From Camelus dromedarius (Eukaryota): 64,000 nt of DNA. Position 1 is the first letter of the stretch. Every line of letters starts with the position of its first letter. Below the pieces are notes generated by a model. That model did not search any database and was not told where the DNA came from. It worked only from the letters and a program-made list of their open reading frames with translations. Positions 51,310 to 63,707 of the stretch are shown here, piece after piece. Both the position numbers and the translations under genes were made by a program. The DNA is taken from positions 29,266,001 through 29,330,000 of the forward strand of contig NC_087437.1 in the NCBI RefSeq assembly GCF_036321535.1, given 5' to 3'.

Positions 51310-52325
51310 ATTATTAAAAAGATAAGATTAAATTATGTAATTTGTAATATACATAGTGCAATACATATGGTCATGTAACATGGTGGGGAGGAGTTAAATC
51401 AAACTACATATTTGCCAGATTTTCATATTTTTACATGAAGCAGAACAATAACAGCTACGTAAACTGTGAAAAGTTTAGGAAGTACACTGTAAAACACAAA
51501 GTAACTATTAAAACACAACACAAAATGCATAGGTAAGAAACCCTCTGGGGAGTCCAGGGTTGTTTGGTCATAAGCCATCCATTCTCCATGCTCAGCCCAG
51601 CAATAAACCTTTCTCTGCTCCAAATAAATAAATAAATAAATAAAATTTTAAAAATATATAGCTAAAAAGTCAATAAATTAAAAATGGAATTTTAAAAAAT
51701 ATTCAGTTTGTCCTAGAGAAAGCAGGAAAGGAAGAACAGGGGAACAAAAAAGAGTTGACAAACAAAAACCAGTGAAATTGTAGGTCTTAAGCCAACAATA
51801 TAAAAAAATTGCATTAAGTGTTAATGGTCTAAATAATCCAGTTAAAAGTGACAGGGGGTCAGAATGGGTTAAAAAAAAAAAAAAAAAAAAAGCAAGACCC
51901 AACTCTAGTGTAATCTAAAAGTAATGTACTTTCAACATAAACCTCAGGTCAATGTATGGAGAATGATATTCCATGTGAACAGTGAGACTAAAAAGGCTGG
52001 ACTGCATATATTAGTAGTAGATAAAGAACACATCGAGACAAACAGTATTATCAGATACAAATAGGGGCATTTCTAAATAATAGAGGAGCAATTCACTAGG
52101 AAGATATAACAATCTTAAATGAATATATAATTAATAGAGCTTAAACATATATGAAAATATATGAAATAAAAAATTGAGAGAATTAAAACATAATTTCTAG
52201 ATCATTTGGAGATCTTAATATCTTTCAGCAATTAGGCCAATTAGACAAAAAAAAACTTAGTAAATACACAGACGACTTGAACAATACTACCAACCACTTA
52301 ACCTGGTTGATATTTATACAAAATA
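51310..52325 (+). mobile_element. Old L1 (L1ME-like) inter-ORF and ORF2 endonuclease remnant
   Basis: aagtgttaatggtctaaataatccagttaaaag...agacccaact...aattcactaggaagatataacaatcttaaatg...gacttgaacaatactaccaacca. Confidence 0.7.
51537..51650 (+). mobile_element. Polyadenylated ERV LTR 3'-end (U3/R) fragment with TSD
   Basis: LTR-like ...gcccagcAATAAAcctttctctgctccaaa, then a (TAAA)n tail. Flanks aaaatgcataggtaa (51522-51536) / aaaatatatagctaa (51651-51665). Confidence 0.65.
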
Positions 52326-54641
52326 ATATTTATTAAAACTTTTGTGCTTTCTGCATTTGGCTATTTATATTATAAATAATAATTTTAGGCTTTTAAAACT
52401 GTTTCTCTTCTGGAAACATTACTCAATAAATGTTGGACTTTGCATGTATAAAATGTATTTTGGTTCCCTTTTCATTTGTTATTTCATGGAAAGAGACAGA
52501 ATTTCTCAACTTTTGATTATTTTCAGTTCTTGCTTATCCTGCTCCCACTTATCCCACCAAAGATTTTTCAAAAATATGTTGCATTATACTAAGATTTTCT
52601 CATGTGGTCACTACACCTGCACACACACACATACACTTAAATATACACAAACTGCTTATTACATTTGAAGAAATATCATAAAACAAGTACATTTCTCTTA
52701 ATAATTATATATATGTATACATATATTATATACCTAATATATGCATATATGTATGTCTACACCATATACACTATGCCATCCTGGCATGTTTATAATTTAC
52801 ACAAAAATAATTTAATCTTATGTTTCTATTATTCACTAGGACACATGACCTAGTAGGTTTTATCTACCATGCCCACTGCTGCTACTGGGTAACAGATTGC
52901 AGATTAAATTGAAGTTCAGTCTCTAGCAATATAATTAGGATTTGATCCCACCAAAGCCATGTCATAAAACTAAGCATATATACGTCACATTAAAGTATTT
53001 ATTTTTAATGTGTGTAAGCCTTGTATTATTATTAACTGAAATGACAACAGAAGTAAATGATGTGGTTGCCTTGTAAAATGAAAGCAAAAAAACCAAAAAC
53101 CTAACCTTAGAGTCACATATTTTTGAAAGTTAGGTACATCATATGATTTATAGCTAACTTCGTCATGCAAGATAAATAAACCTCAGAACCTGGGCTTCGC
53201 TGTAACTAACAAAGCAATTGTAAGCAGGGATTCTTAAGGGTAAACATCAAACTCTGTGTATCCCAAGAAGTAGTCTCTGACCATTTCAGACCTCTCCCCT
53301 CTGCTCTGGGTATCTGCTACCTGCTAATGCCATAGCACAGTAAGTAGCTCTCTGACTGACCCAGGTGTATTTAGCCTTTTCTAGATCTCCACATGAGAGC
53401 AAGGACCATGATTTCCACTACTCTCTCATCTTCTACAGTGCCAGATTCAATAATTAATTAATAATGTACATTGACTCTTGGATTGCTTTTTATTAATTGG
53501 CATTTTCACTCTAGTGTCCTGTTAGTTATTGTGTGTTTGGTATTTGGAGGTCTTGAGACTTGCCTTGAAAATGGTGGTTTGAGAGGTGAATCTGGATGGA
53601 AGAAATATAGGACTGGTTGGGTGTATGTTTACCTAGTAAACAAACCAATCTGTGTGGTTCTTTGTCTATGCTGGTTTGAATTCCAGCACACGCTGTAAAG
53701 GTGTCAGCAATCTGCATTTTTTTCAGAGTGGTTTGGGGTTTTCACTATTTTTTCCCTGTAACCCTACAGTGATCGATAGTAATCCTGCTGAGGTGCACAT
53801 CTGAAACAAAGTTGAATAATTCAGGATTTATCATCAACAGCTGCTTCCAAAGACAAGTGGCGACAGAATGAATTTTTTGTTATGTTTCAAAGGCATTTTT
53901 TTGGACATAAAACTCGGGGAAAGTGCTCTGAATATTAGCAGATATGAATTCAATGGAAATGATTGCAAATTAGAGAATATGACAACATTATTAAAATCAA
54001 AATTATGCCTCTAATAGACGTTCTGATTGGTTGACTATCACATGGTTGAAATGTCCAATACACTACAGTTGTTATAGCTGTTAAAGGTGCTAAGAGTGGA
54101 GTATTAAACCTTACGCAGTAAATGTTATATAAATTATCGAAACTGTGCATATTGCATATAGCTCAGTAAACAATGCATACATAATGTAGATTATTTGAAG
54201 GGACTTGTTGAAATACTTACTGTAACTTTGCAGTATTTCCTTTTAACCTGAATCAGCATATGTCTGATTGTTTCTCTTGAATTTAAAGCTGAATCATTCT
54301 CAAGAGGAACAATGGTTATGGAACTGACATAAACATGATTAAATGGTTTATTTCTACGAGAGGGCTACATTCTATGGCAAGTATTTTCAGACCTCTGTGA
54401 GATCCTGGTCTTCTCACCTGAGGGCCTTTGGGATGGCGGGTAAGAAGAGGCTGCCGAGGCATCAGGGTCTTGAAGACAGGTTCTGGGTTACTGTGCAGAC
54501 TTTCCATGATTTCTCTTGCCCTTGTCCCTTAGAGGGACTTTACTAGGGAACAATGGAAATGATCACTCATCAAACTTTTTTTCTTTTTTAATGATTGGGA
54601 CATTGGGGTGAAAAGTATTGTCTTTAAACTGTTTATTTAGA

Positions 54642-54858
54642 ATAGTGGTTTCAGACAGTCATTGGCCAAAATTTGCTCTGTGGATGCTTTAAAAATATGG
54701 AAAGTTCACATCAAGATTTCTGGTTTTTCTTTAAAAACTCTAAGATCTGGAAGTATGAGGCCAATTATCCCACATGACAACACTGGCTTAGAGGTGAGTG
54801 GCATATGCCCTTCTCTGCCTCATACCTGGTCCTCTACAGGCATTTGAGTGTATACTTC
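54642..54858 (+). mobile_element. MER102-like hAT-Charlie element
   Basis: ttcacatcaagatttctggtttttctttaaaaactctaagatctgg...cctggtcctctacaggcatttgagt. Confidence 0.7.
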
Positions 54859-54974
54859 TTATTCAGTACATCAACTTGCCTTTTCTCAGTATATAATATG
54901 TACTTAGCATTATTTCTTTTTATTGTATATTTTGATTATAGATTTAATCCTCTAAGCAGTATTTGTGATTGTAC

Positions 54975-55046
54975 AATAATTATTATAATAATTATTAATA
55001 ATTAATTAATTAATATTATTAATAATTAATAATTAATAATAATTAT
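54975..55046. repeat. A/T-only (TAA/TAAT)n tract
   Basis: Directly visible. Confidence 0.9.
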
Positions 55047-55944
55047 CTACAATAAGTCTCAAAAAACAACCATCTTTTCTGACAAATTAAAATTGTCCTG
55101 ACTTTGGGAGCCAAGGGGCATGTATATATATATATATTTACATTTTATATATATACACACATATATATAAGCAAATAAGTATAAAAGCTAAGGTGCCATT
55201 TATTTAAATTAAAATTGTGCCTGATAGCAACTACTCCATCAAATTAAGTTTGAAGTTTGTGTTTGTATTCCTTTCCATAAAGTAACATTGATGGTGTGGT
55301 CTAAGATCCTAAGTGCTTATTTTAGAAATGTATAAGGTCTTTAAATTATCTGAAAAATTGATGTAATGATTCTTGAAAAAGAAAAGGTCATAAAATCAGT
55401 TGCTTGATTACTCAAATGGAATGTTATATATTAAAAAGACACTATAATATCTTATGTTTATTTTACACTTATGAAAGTGATTCTACATATGCCATTTCAG
55501 TTTTGTTTGTTTTGCTTAATACCACCCCTGAAGTAGACAGGTATGTTTCAGTTCATTTTGTAAACGCAAGCAGCAAAGCTCATGGATGCTAAGGGCCTTT
55601 GTTAAGGTTGCACTGCAGATAGCTTGCAAGGAGAGACTGTATACCAGATCTTGAAATTTTAAATGCAGCTTTCAGAAAACTATAAAAACATTCCAATGCA
55701 ATATTTGTGAAAAATGTTTTGAAACTCATTTGACATTACTGAGCCTCAAATTGACAGTCATTTTAGGCAACTTTCTATCTATGAAGAATCATAAGAATCC
55801 CCTTCCTGTAGAATCCCTATAATATGACACACATGATACCTCAGTTGGAGGAGCAGGGAATCCACACTCAAAACCCGTGTTACAACATGGTGTTCCGCCT
55901 CGGGTGGGTCAGTGTGGTTAAATGCAGCACACGTTACTGTCATG

Positions 55945-56150
55945 CAGGGTTTCCCAACTTACCGCTACTGGCATTTTGGACCAGATAATTCTTTTCGGAA
56001 TTGTGAGCACTGTAGGAATTTTAGTAGCATTCTTGGCCTCTACTCACTATGTACCAGTGGCATTTACTCAGTTGTGACAAATAAAAATGTCTCCAGATAT
56101 TGCCAAATGCCACTTCCCCCCGCCCCCAGGGATGACTGTTGAGTTATCCA
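55945..56150 (+). mobile_element. MER20-like hAT-Charlie MITE
   Basis: cagggtttcccaac...ggaccagataattc...gttgtgacaaataaaaatgtctccagatattgccaaatg. Confidence 0.85.
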
Positions 56151-57029
56151 ATGATTCCTTTTGAGAACCATTATTATAATGTATTTTGACAGACTGCCCA
56201 AACAAGTGAAATTGTGGAAAACTGGAGGTTTGCCACCATTTCCTCTATAACTTGATTGCTGACTCTAGAGTCTGGGAGGACGAAGTTACAATGAAGTTTC
56301 CAGATCTTATTTGAATATGGAGTTAACACTGATTCTCCTTCTCCGACTTTTAGAGTGAAAACTAATCTTGACGAGACCAAAAAGTTCTCTGTGTAGGACA
56401 TAAAAACCCATTTCTGTGCCTTAGGAATGGCCAACACATCTGGAGATACTAGAACTACAATCAGGTGGGAGACTCTTAGACGAAAAATCTTATTTCTGCA
56501 GCTGAGTGGAAAACAAAACTTGGTTGAAATAATTAATCCAGAGGAATTTTCATGGCTTCTCATGGAGTAGCAATTATGGAACTAAAAATGGTATCCAATG
56601 TTCTGAATTTTTTTTTATCTACTCATTAGAAACTGATAAAACCCTTTACCAAGTAGGATTAAGAAACTCTCTCTCTCTTCTATTTGACAGAATTGTGTTG
56701 TTTGTGTTGTACGGGCTCTGCTGAACTTAGACTGTCCCATTTTGGTTCTGCCCATGAATCTGTTCATTAGATCAAAACCTTCATTGCTAAGAGGACAAGA
56801 TCTCCAGCTTCTGCCTATGGTTGTTTAGCAGTTGCAACACTGAGGAGTGAGTTCCTTCCATGTGCTCTGCTAAATGCCTTTTGTTCATCAAGTCATTCCT
56901 CTAGGAATATCAATGTTCTGCATTTTTGTTTCCCCTATAACTGTGGGAATGACTTATAAGTCTCCTCCTTCAACAGGAGGACTAACTGCGAGATTTAGGA
57001 TTGATCTATAAATAAGGCCTTGATAACAC

Positions 57030-57190
57030 TTTCTTAAAGGTACATAATAACATTCCCATTTTACAGATAAGGAAGTTGAGACACTGAGATGTTAAGTACT
57101 TTGCCCACGTTAGAGAATTAGGGACGTAGTTGAGATTCAAGCCCAGGGTCATTTGACCCTTAAAATGTGTGTGTTCTACTATATTTCAGT
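57030..57190 (-). mobile_element. MIR SINE
   Basis: cccattttacagataaggaagttgagacactgagatgttaagtactttgccca...gagattcaagcccagg. Confidence 0.8.
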
Positions 57191-57311
57191 GCATCTTTGC
57201 TGCCCTACCACCCACCAAAGGAAATGATAGCACTCTTCTGTTGCCATGTACATAATATATGACAATAACTATATGTCACATATATCACATTTCATTAAAT
57301 ATATTTTATGA

Positions 57312-57317
<6 letters not shown>

Positions 57318-57360
<43 letters not shown>
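57318..57360 (+). repeat. (TG)n microsatellite
   Basis: Directly visible. Confidence 0.95.
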
Positions 57361-57362
<2 letters not shown>

Positions 57363-59149
57363 TTCTCCAGCTATAATATAACTGTGGGTGGGTGGGCAGA
57401 GTCATCTTGAGCATCAATGTAAGACGGGAAAGTCAGTAAAGAGAAGGACCCCAAGTATGAGATGATGCTTGGGGAAGGAAGCCTATTCATTTTATAGCTC
57501 CTTCATGCATATGTATTTATTTAAGCATGTATTCACCTTTATCTAACACATGCATTTCGAGAGCCGTATATGCTAGACAATGTACCTCTGAACTGATGTG
57601 CTTTCTGCTGTCATGGTGGGAAACACACAGAGTGAATTTATGTGAAGAGCCAAGTAGGGCCCCAGAAGGGTCAGAGCAGAGAAGGGTACTACTATCTCTG
57701 CGGGGTACAGTGAAAGATGAAAAAACCCTGAAGGGGAAGTCACTAAGGGAGAAGAAGAAGAGAAACACCATTCCTACTTTACAGTTGTGCCTGGAGGTGA
57801 TGTTGTATGGATGAGCTCAATTATTGCTCCCAGCACAATCTTCACACCTTCACGTGACCCTGCAAGGAGTTACATGGGTGCTAACATACTTGTGTTGCTA
57901 TAATGTCAAATGTCCTCTGATGTAGCAAGTGCTTGTGATGTCAAAAGAAAAATAAGAACTAGACCGAAATTCAGCCAGAAACACCTTTAACCTTAACTGG
58001 CCCTCACTTGACATTACTGGTACCCATACTGATGCCTATCCATGCACCTTTAGAGAAGAGTCTGGTTCAAAATCTAGCCTCTTAATTATAACCATTAGAA
58101 ACTAGGAAACAAAATTCATTTTAATCTTGAAATGTTATTTTAGGAACTCGCAGGCCAAGTGGAAAGAATTTATAGCACAATAAAACAAATAGTCACTGTT
58201 TTAATGTGTTATTAAAATAAGCTGCATAATAAAGCATATGTAAGGGGCTTTTATCATAATTGTATGTGGAACAGTCTGCAATGACTCATATGTATTTTTT
58301 TCTAAATCCCCTTAATAATTTTTAGATAACTGATAATGTCGAGTGATTGCAACCCTATGAGTTATCTAGCCTGGGAATTCACAACAAATAAAGTGCAAGT
58401 AGTAATTTTGGATAATTTCTCTACGCAGTGGTGATGTTCATTAAATTATCAGTAAGTATTATTAAGCAATGGGGAGTTTGCAAAGTTTGGGAGTTTAAAA
58501 GGACTACTGCACTCACAAGTATAATTTTATCTCTTGCAAATGATGGCACGTCTGTTTCCAGTACTGAGGCACTGGAGAGAACACTGAGTCATAGGTAGTT
58601 CTCATGGGAGGTTGCTACAGCTTGCTAACTTTTCCCCAGTTGCTGTTACCATTGGAAGCTACAGCTATAATTATCAGTGATGACCCAGGGCCATGCCCCA
58701 CCTCCCACCTCCTTCAACCTTAAGTACTCTTAACTGAGTCCGGTTGCCAAATATGTAGCAGTTCTCATCCAGAATGAGTACCTCATAGATTCAGAGCTCA
58801 GGTGGTATCTCTCGGGTTATACAACTCCCCAAACCACCAAGAGTGTCAGAAAACCAGTTTGCTTTCCCTAGAGTGAGGCATTGGTTTTGATTGTGCTTTT
58901 CAGGCCTCATTTGCCCTGTAGGAAAAGTGAATGACTCTGGATGACAGATCATAGTGGGGAGGGGAGGGGAGGGCTGCAATGAGGACCCGCTGCTTCCAAC
59001 AATAACAGGTAAGCTGTTCAAGCTGAGGCTGGTGACTTAAGTAAGATTACTTGCTAGTCAGCTCAGTTTGAAATACTCTGTAACTGGAATGTCCTCTTGC
59101 TTTACTGGTCTGTGTGTACAACTAAGGCCAGATTATTAATTACGATTAA

Positions 59150-59545
59150 AAATTTTTTTTTTGGAGTAAAGGACCTTCTTTTATTCATTGAGATATAATT
59201 AACATGCAAAAAAATGCACCAGTCTAGAGGGTTCAGCTCAGTTAGTTCTGACAGTTTTACATACTAGTGTAACCAGCACGCAACATAGCATAGATTTCCA
59301 TCATCCCAGAAACCCTTTGCCTCCGTTTAGTCAATTTCTTTCTCTCCTCACTCTGCCTCCAACCACCACCTGATTTCTATCACCATAGATTTGCTTTATC
59401 TGCATACAGATTCTACATGATTATTCTTATAGCCCGGATTTTTAAATTTCTAGTTTCTATTGCTTAACATTCTGTTTTTGAGATTCACGCGTGATGTTGT
59501 GTGTATTAGTAGTTCATTCTTTTTACTGCTGAGTAGTTATTAATT
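59150..59545 (-). mobile_element. Old LINE-1 3' end, antisense
   Basis: attgagatataattaacatgc...ttccatcatcccagaaa...tttgagattcacgcgtgatgttgtgtgtattagtagttcattc. Confidence 0.8.
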
Positions 59546-59969
59546 CCAATCTCGATGACTCACTGCTCCCAAATGCAACACACAGTCTCAGACCCCTGCC
59601 AAGTCCTCTGACCCAAGACTTTCTGGGAGGTCCCAGAGTAGGTTTCCCATGTGTCCGCTGACAGGGCACTACTGTTTTTTCCACCAAGTCTCCAGTGGGT
59701 GCTCCTGAATCTGCTGACCACCACCCATGTGTGTCTGTCCTGAAGAGCTGTAATTTCCTATTGTTGCTGTAACAAATTATCACAAGCTCAGTGGTTTAAA
59801 ACAATGCCAACTTATAATTCTGGAGGTCAGAAGTACAAAATGGGTTTTATGGGGTTAAAATCAAGAAGTTGGCAGATGCCACAAGAGAGACTGGAGTAGT
59901 TTTGTGTTGTCTAAAGAGCAAAATCAGAGCTGATGGGCAGAAGCTACAGATTTGAACTTAAAATGGTTT

Positions 59970-60346
59970 AAGGCGGGGGAAGGGGGAATTGGATGAAGGT
60001 GGTTAAAGGTACAAACTTCCAGTTACAAGATAAATAAGTACTTCGGATGTAATGTACAATATGATTACTCTGATGAACACTGTATGTTATATGACACATA
60101 TGTTTAAGAGAGTAAATCCTAAGAGTTCTCATTTCAAAGAAAAGGTATTTTTTTTCTTTTATTTTGTACCTGTATAAGGTGATGGATGTTCACTAAATTT
60201 ACTGTGGAAAGCATATCATGATGTATATGAGTTAAATCATTACATTGTATACCTTAGAGAGTGCTCGGTGTCAATTATATCTCAGTAAAACTGGAAGAAA
60301 AGAAGAGAATGGGGGAAAAAATGAAAGAAAAATGGAAAAAGAAAAA
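59970..60346 (+). mobile_element. LINE-1 3' end (L1MC-like) with A-rich tail
   Basis: aaggtacaaacttccagttacaagataaataagtac...gtcaattatatctcagtaaaactgg followed by an A-rich tail. Confidence 0.8.
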
Positions 60347-60620
60347 AAGATACTGGCAGAGCTGTGTTCCTTCTTGGGGCCTGAGAGAGACTATCACCTT
60401 GCATTTTCCAGCTTCTAGAAGCTGCCTGCGTTCCTTGTCTTATGGCTCCTTCCTCCATCTACAAAGCACCTCACTACGATCTCTGCTTCCTTTGTCACCT
60501 CCTTTTGTCACTCCAATCTTCCTGCCTCCTCCTCATGAGGACCCTTGCAGTAACACTAAGCCCACCTGGAAAATCTCCCCACCTCAAGATCTTCAACTAA
60601 ATCATGTCTGCAAAGGTAAC

Positions 60621-60908
60621 TGTCTTCATCAGTTTGAGCTACTGTTAACAAAATACTGCAAACCGAGTAGCTTAAACAACAAACACTTATTTCTCACAGT
60701 ACGGAAAACTGGGAAGTCCGAGAGAGCGAGAGAGACTACTCTCCTGTCTCTCTTTTTATAAGGGTATTAATTACATCCTGCCGGCTCAGACCACATGACT
60801 GAATCTAACCCAGATTGTCTCTGAGAGGCCTCACCTCCAACTATCATACTGGGGGCTAAGGCTTTAACATATGAATTTGAGGGGGACACGAACATTCAAT
60901 CCATAGCA
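60621..60908 (-). mobile_element. MaLR MLT1A-like solo LTR nested in MLT1
   Basis: TG...CA termini (tgtcttcatcagtttgagct...acgaacattcaatccatagca); 5-bp flanks gtaac / ataat. Confidence 0.8.
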
Positions 60909-63069
60909 ATAATACACTCAAGGCTCCGGGAATTAGGATGTGGGTATTAGGGGTCTGTTACTCAGCCTACTGTAGAAGCTATTTGCCCAGACAGTGATGA
61001 TGCCCTTTCCAGCACCACCACCAATGAGTGCCCTAGAACCCTCACAGTGCAGGATGGGTGCGGGGTAGCTGGGTGCCAATAAAAAAGGTGGATGAAGGAC
61101 AGGCATCAGCCCATTCTACGTCACACCTCAGGAGGAAAATGCTTCAAAGTCCCCATGAGAACTGTCCTCAGCTTCCACTTTTGCTCCTCTCAGCCAAGAG
61201 CTCTGATGTTTTTCATAGGCCTGGGCTGGGACCATTCATCATACACTCTTCTCCATTCACTGTGTTTCGTCTCTGCAAGTGGACAGTCCCACGTAAAATT
61301 ACCTCCCAGTAGGTTCTCTTTCTGCCATAAAAACCAACTCACGCTCATAGGTGCCTGGGTCCAGTCAACCCCTCAGTACCGACATGCTTAAATCTTAGCT
61401 CAGGCCAGTGTCCTCTTGATGCAATTCATTAATTCAAGAATTCACCAATCCACTTTAATTTATTGCTAAAAAAAATCTGCCACCGAATGAAAAGCTATTG
61501 CATTAAAAAAAACTCATTCAATTAATGGGAAAAATATGATGCATTCTATCCCAGCTAGCCACCTCCTAAGTCATGAAGAGTGTATGATATTTGCATCCTC
61601 CTTTATGTCATAAATATTAATGTATTCAGTCCCATCCATTCACAATATATGATGAGATGGACTTGCAGTGGTGCTAGACTTTGGATACATGAAGAAGTCC
61701 CTGAAAAGGGTGCATATATTTATAAGGATAATGTTTAAAGCTCCTGAAAAGAGCACACTTGACTCCGTTCAGATGCATTTTTTTCCTTCATTTAATTAGT
61801 TGGTATAATAATTATGCACATCAATGGTAGGATCATTTTAGTAGGTTCCCTGCCACCTCTGGTGGAGCATTTAATCAACACAATTCTAAAATATGGTATA
61901 TAATCAAATCTGAACCATGAGATCAAATATCACTTCCAATACTTATTCAGTGTGGTTTTAGGTAAAAAACAGCTGTATCAAACACAAGGAGTTGTTGTCA
62001 GAAAAGATGCAGAACTTTGCAAAAACCAATAGTCCACTGTTGCTACAAGAGGAAAGTCTATATTTATAAAACATTTATGGAAAGCTCAAGGATATCAAGA
62101 TAAAAGAAACAAAATTCCTATAATGAGGAGGTTTACTGTTTAGTGGGAGAGATCAGAAGGTCTCACAACTGTAACAGAAACAAACTGAAAAATTAATACA
62201 GTTATCAGAGGATACTGCTGAGCAATTTAATTTTTTTTCACTTGATGTAATGATTTTTAAATATTATATAGTGAACGTGTATAACTGTTAGAAGTAAAAA
62301 CATTTGTAATTTATCTTTATGCTGCTACCTAATTGCTGCAAGTTAACAAAAAGCTACAGTTAAACCACTGAGCACATCCAACACCACCTCAAACTGAAAG
62401 CTGTCTCCAAGCCTCCAAAATCAGTGTTGTATAAGTAAAAGTCACAGTGCTAAACTTAAAGCTGGTATGTCTTCTCCAGCCTAGACTTAACCCACAAAAT
62501 CTTTAATCTCTTGTGAAGGGGAGATTATTCTAGTCCGCCCGTGGCTTCTGATAAACTCCGTAGTCCTAAGGGATCATAGAACTTTTGATTAGAAAGAATC
62601 TCAGAGCTTAAAAGTAACTTACTTATATTACAACTCGATCAATTTTGTGAACTCAGCCATAATATGAATTATTGGCACCATGACTTTGGACATGAAACTA
62701 CTCATGTGTTTTTCCTAAAAAAGGACACAATTGGATTTCACAAGACCCAGTGCAAGAGATTCTGAGACTCCTCGAGCCACCCAAGCTGGAATCTGAATTA
62801 ATGTAACAACTAAAATCTAACGACTTCTTTATGTGCTTTTGTATCTGTTGCAACTCTGCCTGGAAGGCAAGCCAGCTCCACCAGGTTTGGGCACACAACC
62901 CAACCTGTGGGAATCGCATTGGATTTGACCTTTCTTCTGGCTTTTCTGAGCAGCCCAGTTATGTTTGGGGGGACCACATCTTCCTGACGTCTCATGGATC
63001 AGCAGTTTTACACTCGGTGGCTCAGTTCATATTTTCTCTTTGGTCTATCACTTAGCAGGCGGGCATTGA

Positions 63070-63370
63070 CCTCCTATTCTGCATCTCTCTCCAACCCAGA
63101 CTCGCTTCTAGGCCCATTCTCTCCTGGTCAGACTATGGCGCTAAGGAAACAAACAAGAACGTGGCTCTCACACTGCCTTTTCCTTCTCTGCCTTGCTCGT
63201 CCACGTGCCCATGCTATTGTAGCCCTCTCTGCCTGGACCATTTGTTACCAGGGTACTCTGTCTTCCATGGTGTACCACACTTCCAACTACTCTCCTTCCA
63301 AGTTCAGGGTCACAAGTAAGGTACTCCAGAACTTCCTCCTTGGAAGCCTGTATTACTTAGTCACTCAAGG
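63070..63370 (+). mobile_element. L2 fragment
   Basis: catgctattgtagccctctctgcctgga...aactactctccttccaagttcagg...cttcctccttggaagcct. Confidence 0.5.
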
Positions 63371-63389
63371 AATGTTTTATAGCTAAAGA

Positions 63390-63560
63390 AACCTGCGTTA
63401 AAATCTCAGCAAATTCTAGCAATGCAGCTATGCAACCTTGGGCAAAAAACCTTACTTTTATCATCTATAAAATTAAGAAGCTAATAGCACCCACTTATTA
63501 AAAGGAGTCAGTGAAATGATGCAGGCCCTGGTATGCAATGAGGGCTTAACAACTCGTAAC
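63390..63560 (+). mobile_element. MIR SINE
   Basis: agctatgcaaccttgggcaa...tcatctataaaa...ctaatagcacccac. Confidence 0.6.
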
Positions 63561-63707
63561 TCTGAGCCTCACTGACTCCCCCAAGTGCTGACCAGAGTCT
63601 CATTTATGGGACCTGCGTGCTGACACTTAACATGCTCAGTTTGCTCCAAATTATGCTGTGACCATCAATTCGATTTTGACTTTTATAGTATCACTTTGCT
63701 ACCATTA

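Larger units (their letters stand above)
59749..60974 (-). mobile_element. MaLR MLT1(D/E-like) LTR split by two later insertions
   Basis: Pieces 59749-59876, 60361-60620 and 60909-60974 (gctgtaacaaattatcacaagctcagtggtttaaaacaa; tttccagcttctagaagctgcc; gggaattaggatgtgg). Confidence 0.8.

Noticed and set aside
56691..56770. Plus-strand acceptor followed by a Cys-rich short frame (LCCLCCTGSAE...stop)
   Set aside because: The pyrimidine tract is a CT microsatellite, and there is no linked donor, poly(A) evidence or recognised protein.
60261..60761. 166-aa ORF
   Set aside because: It spans an L1 tail and two MLT1 LTR pieces, so it is a chance open frame.
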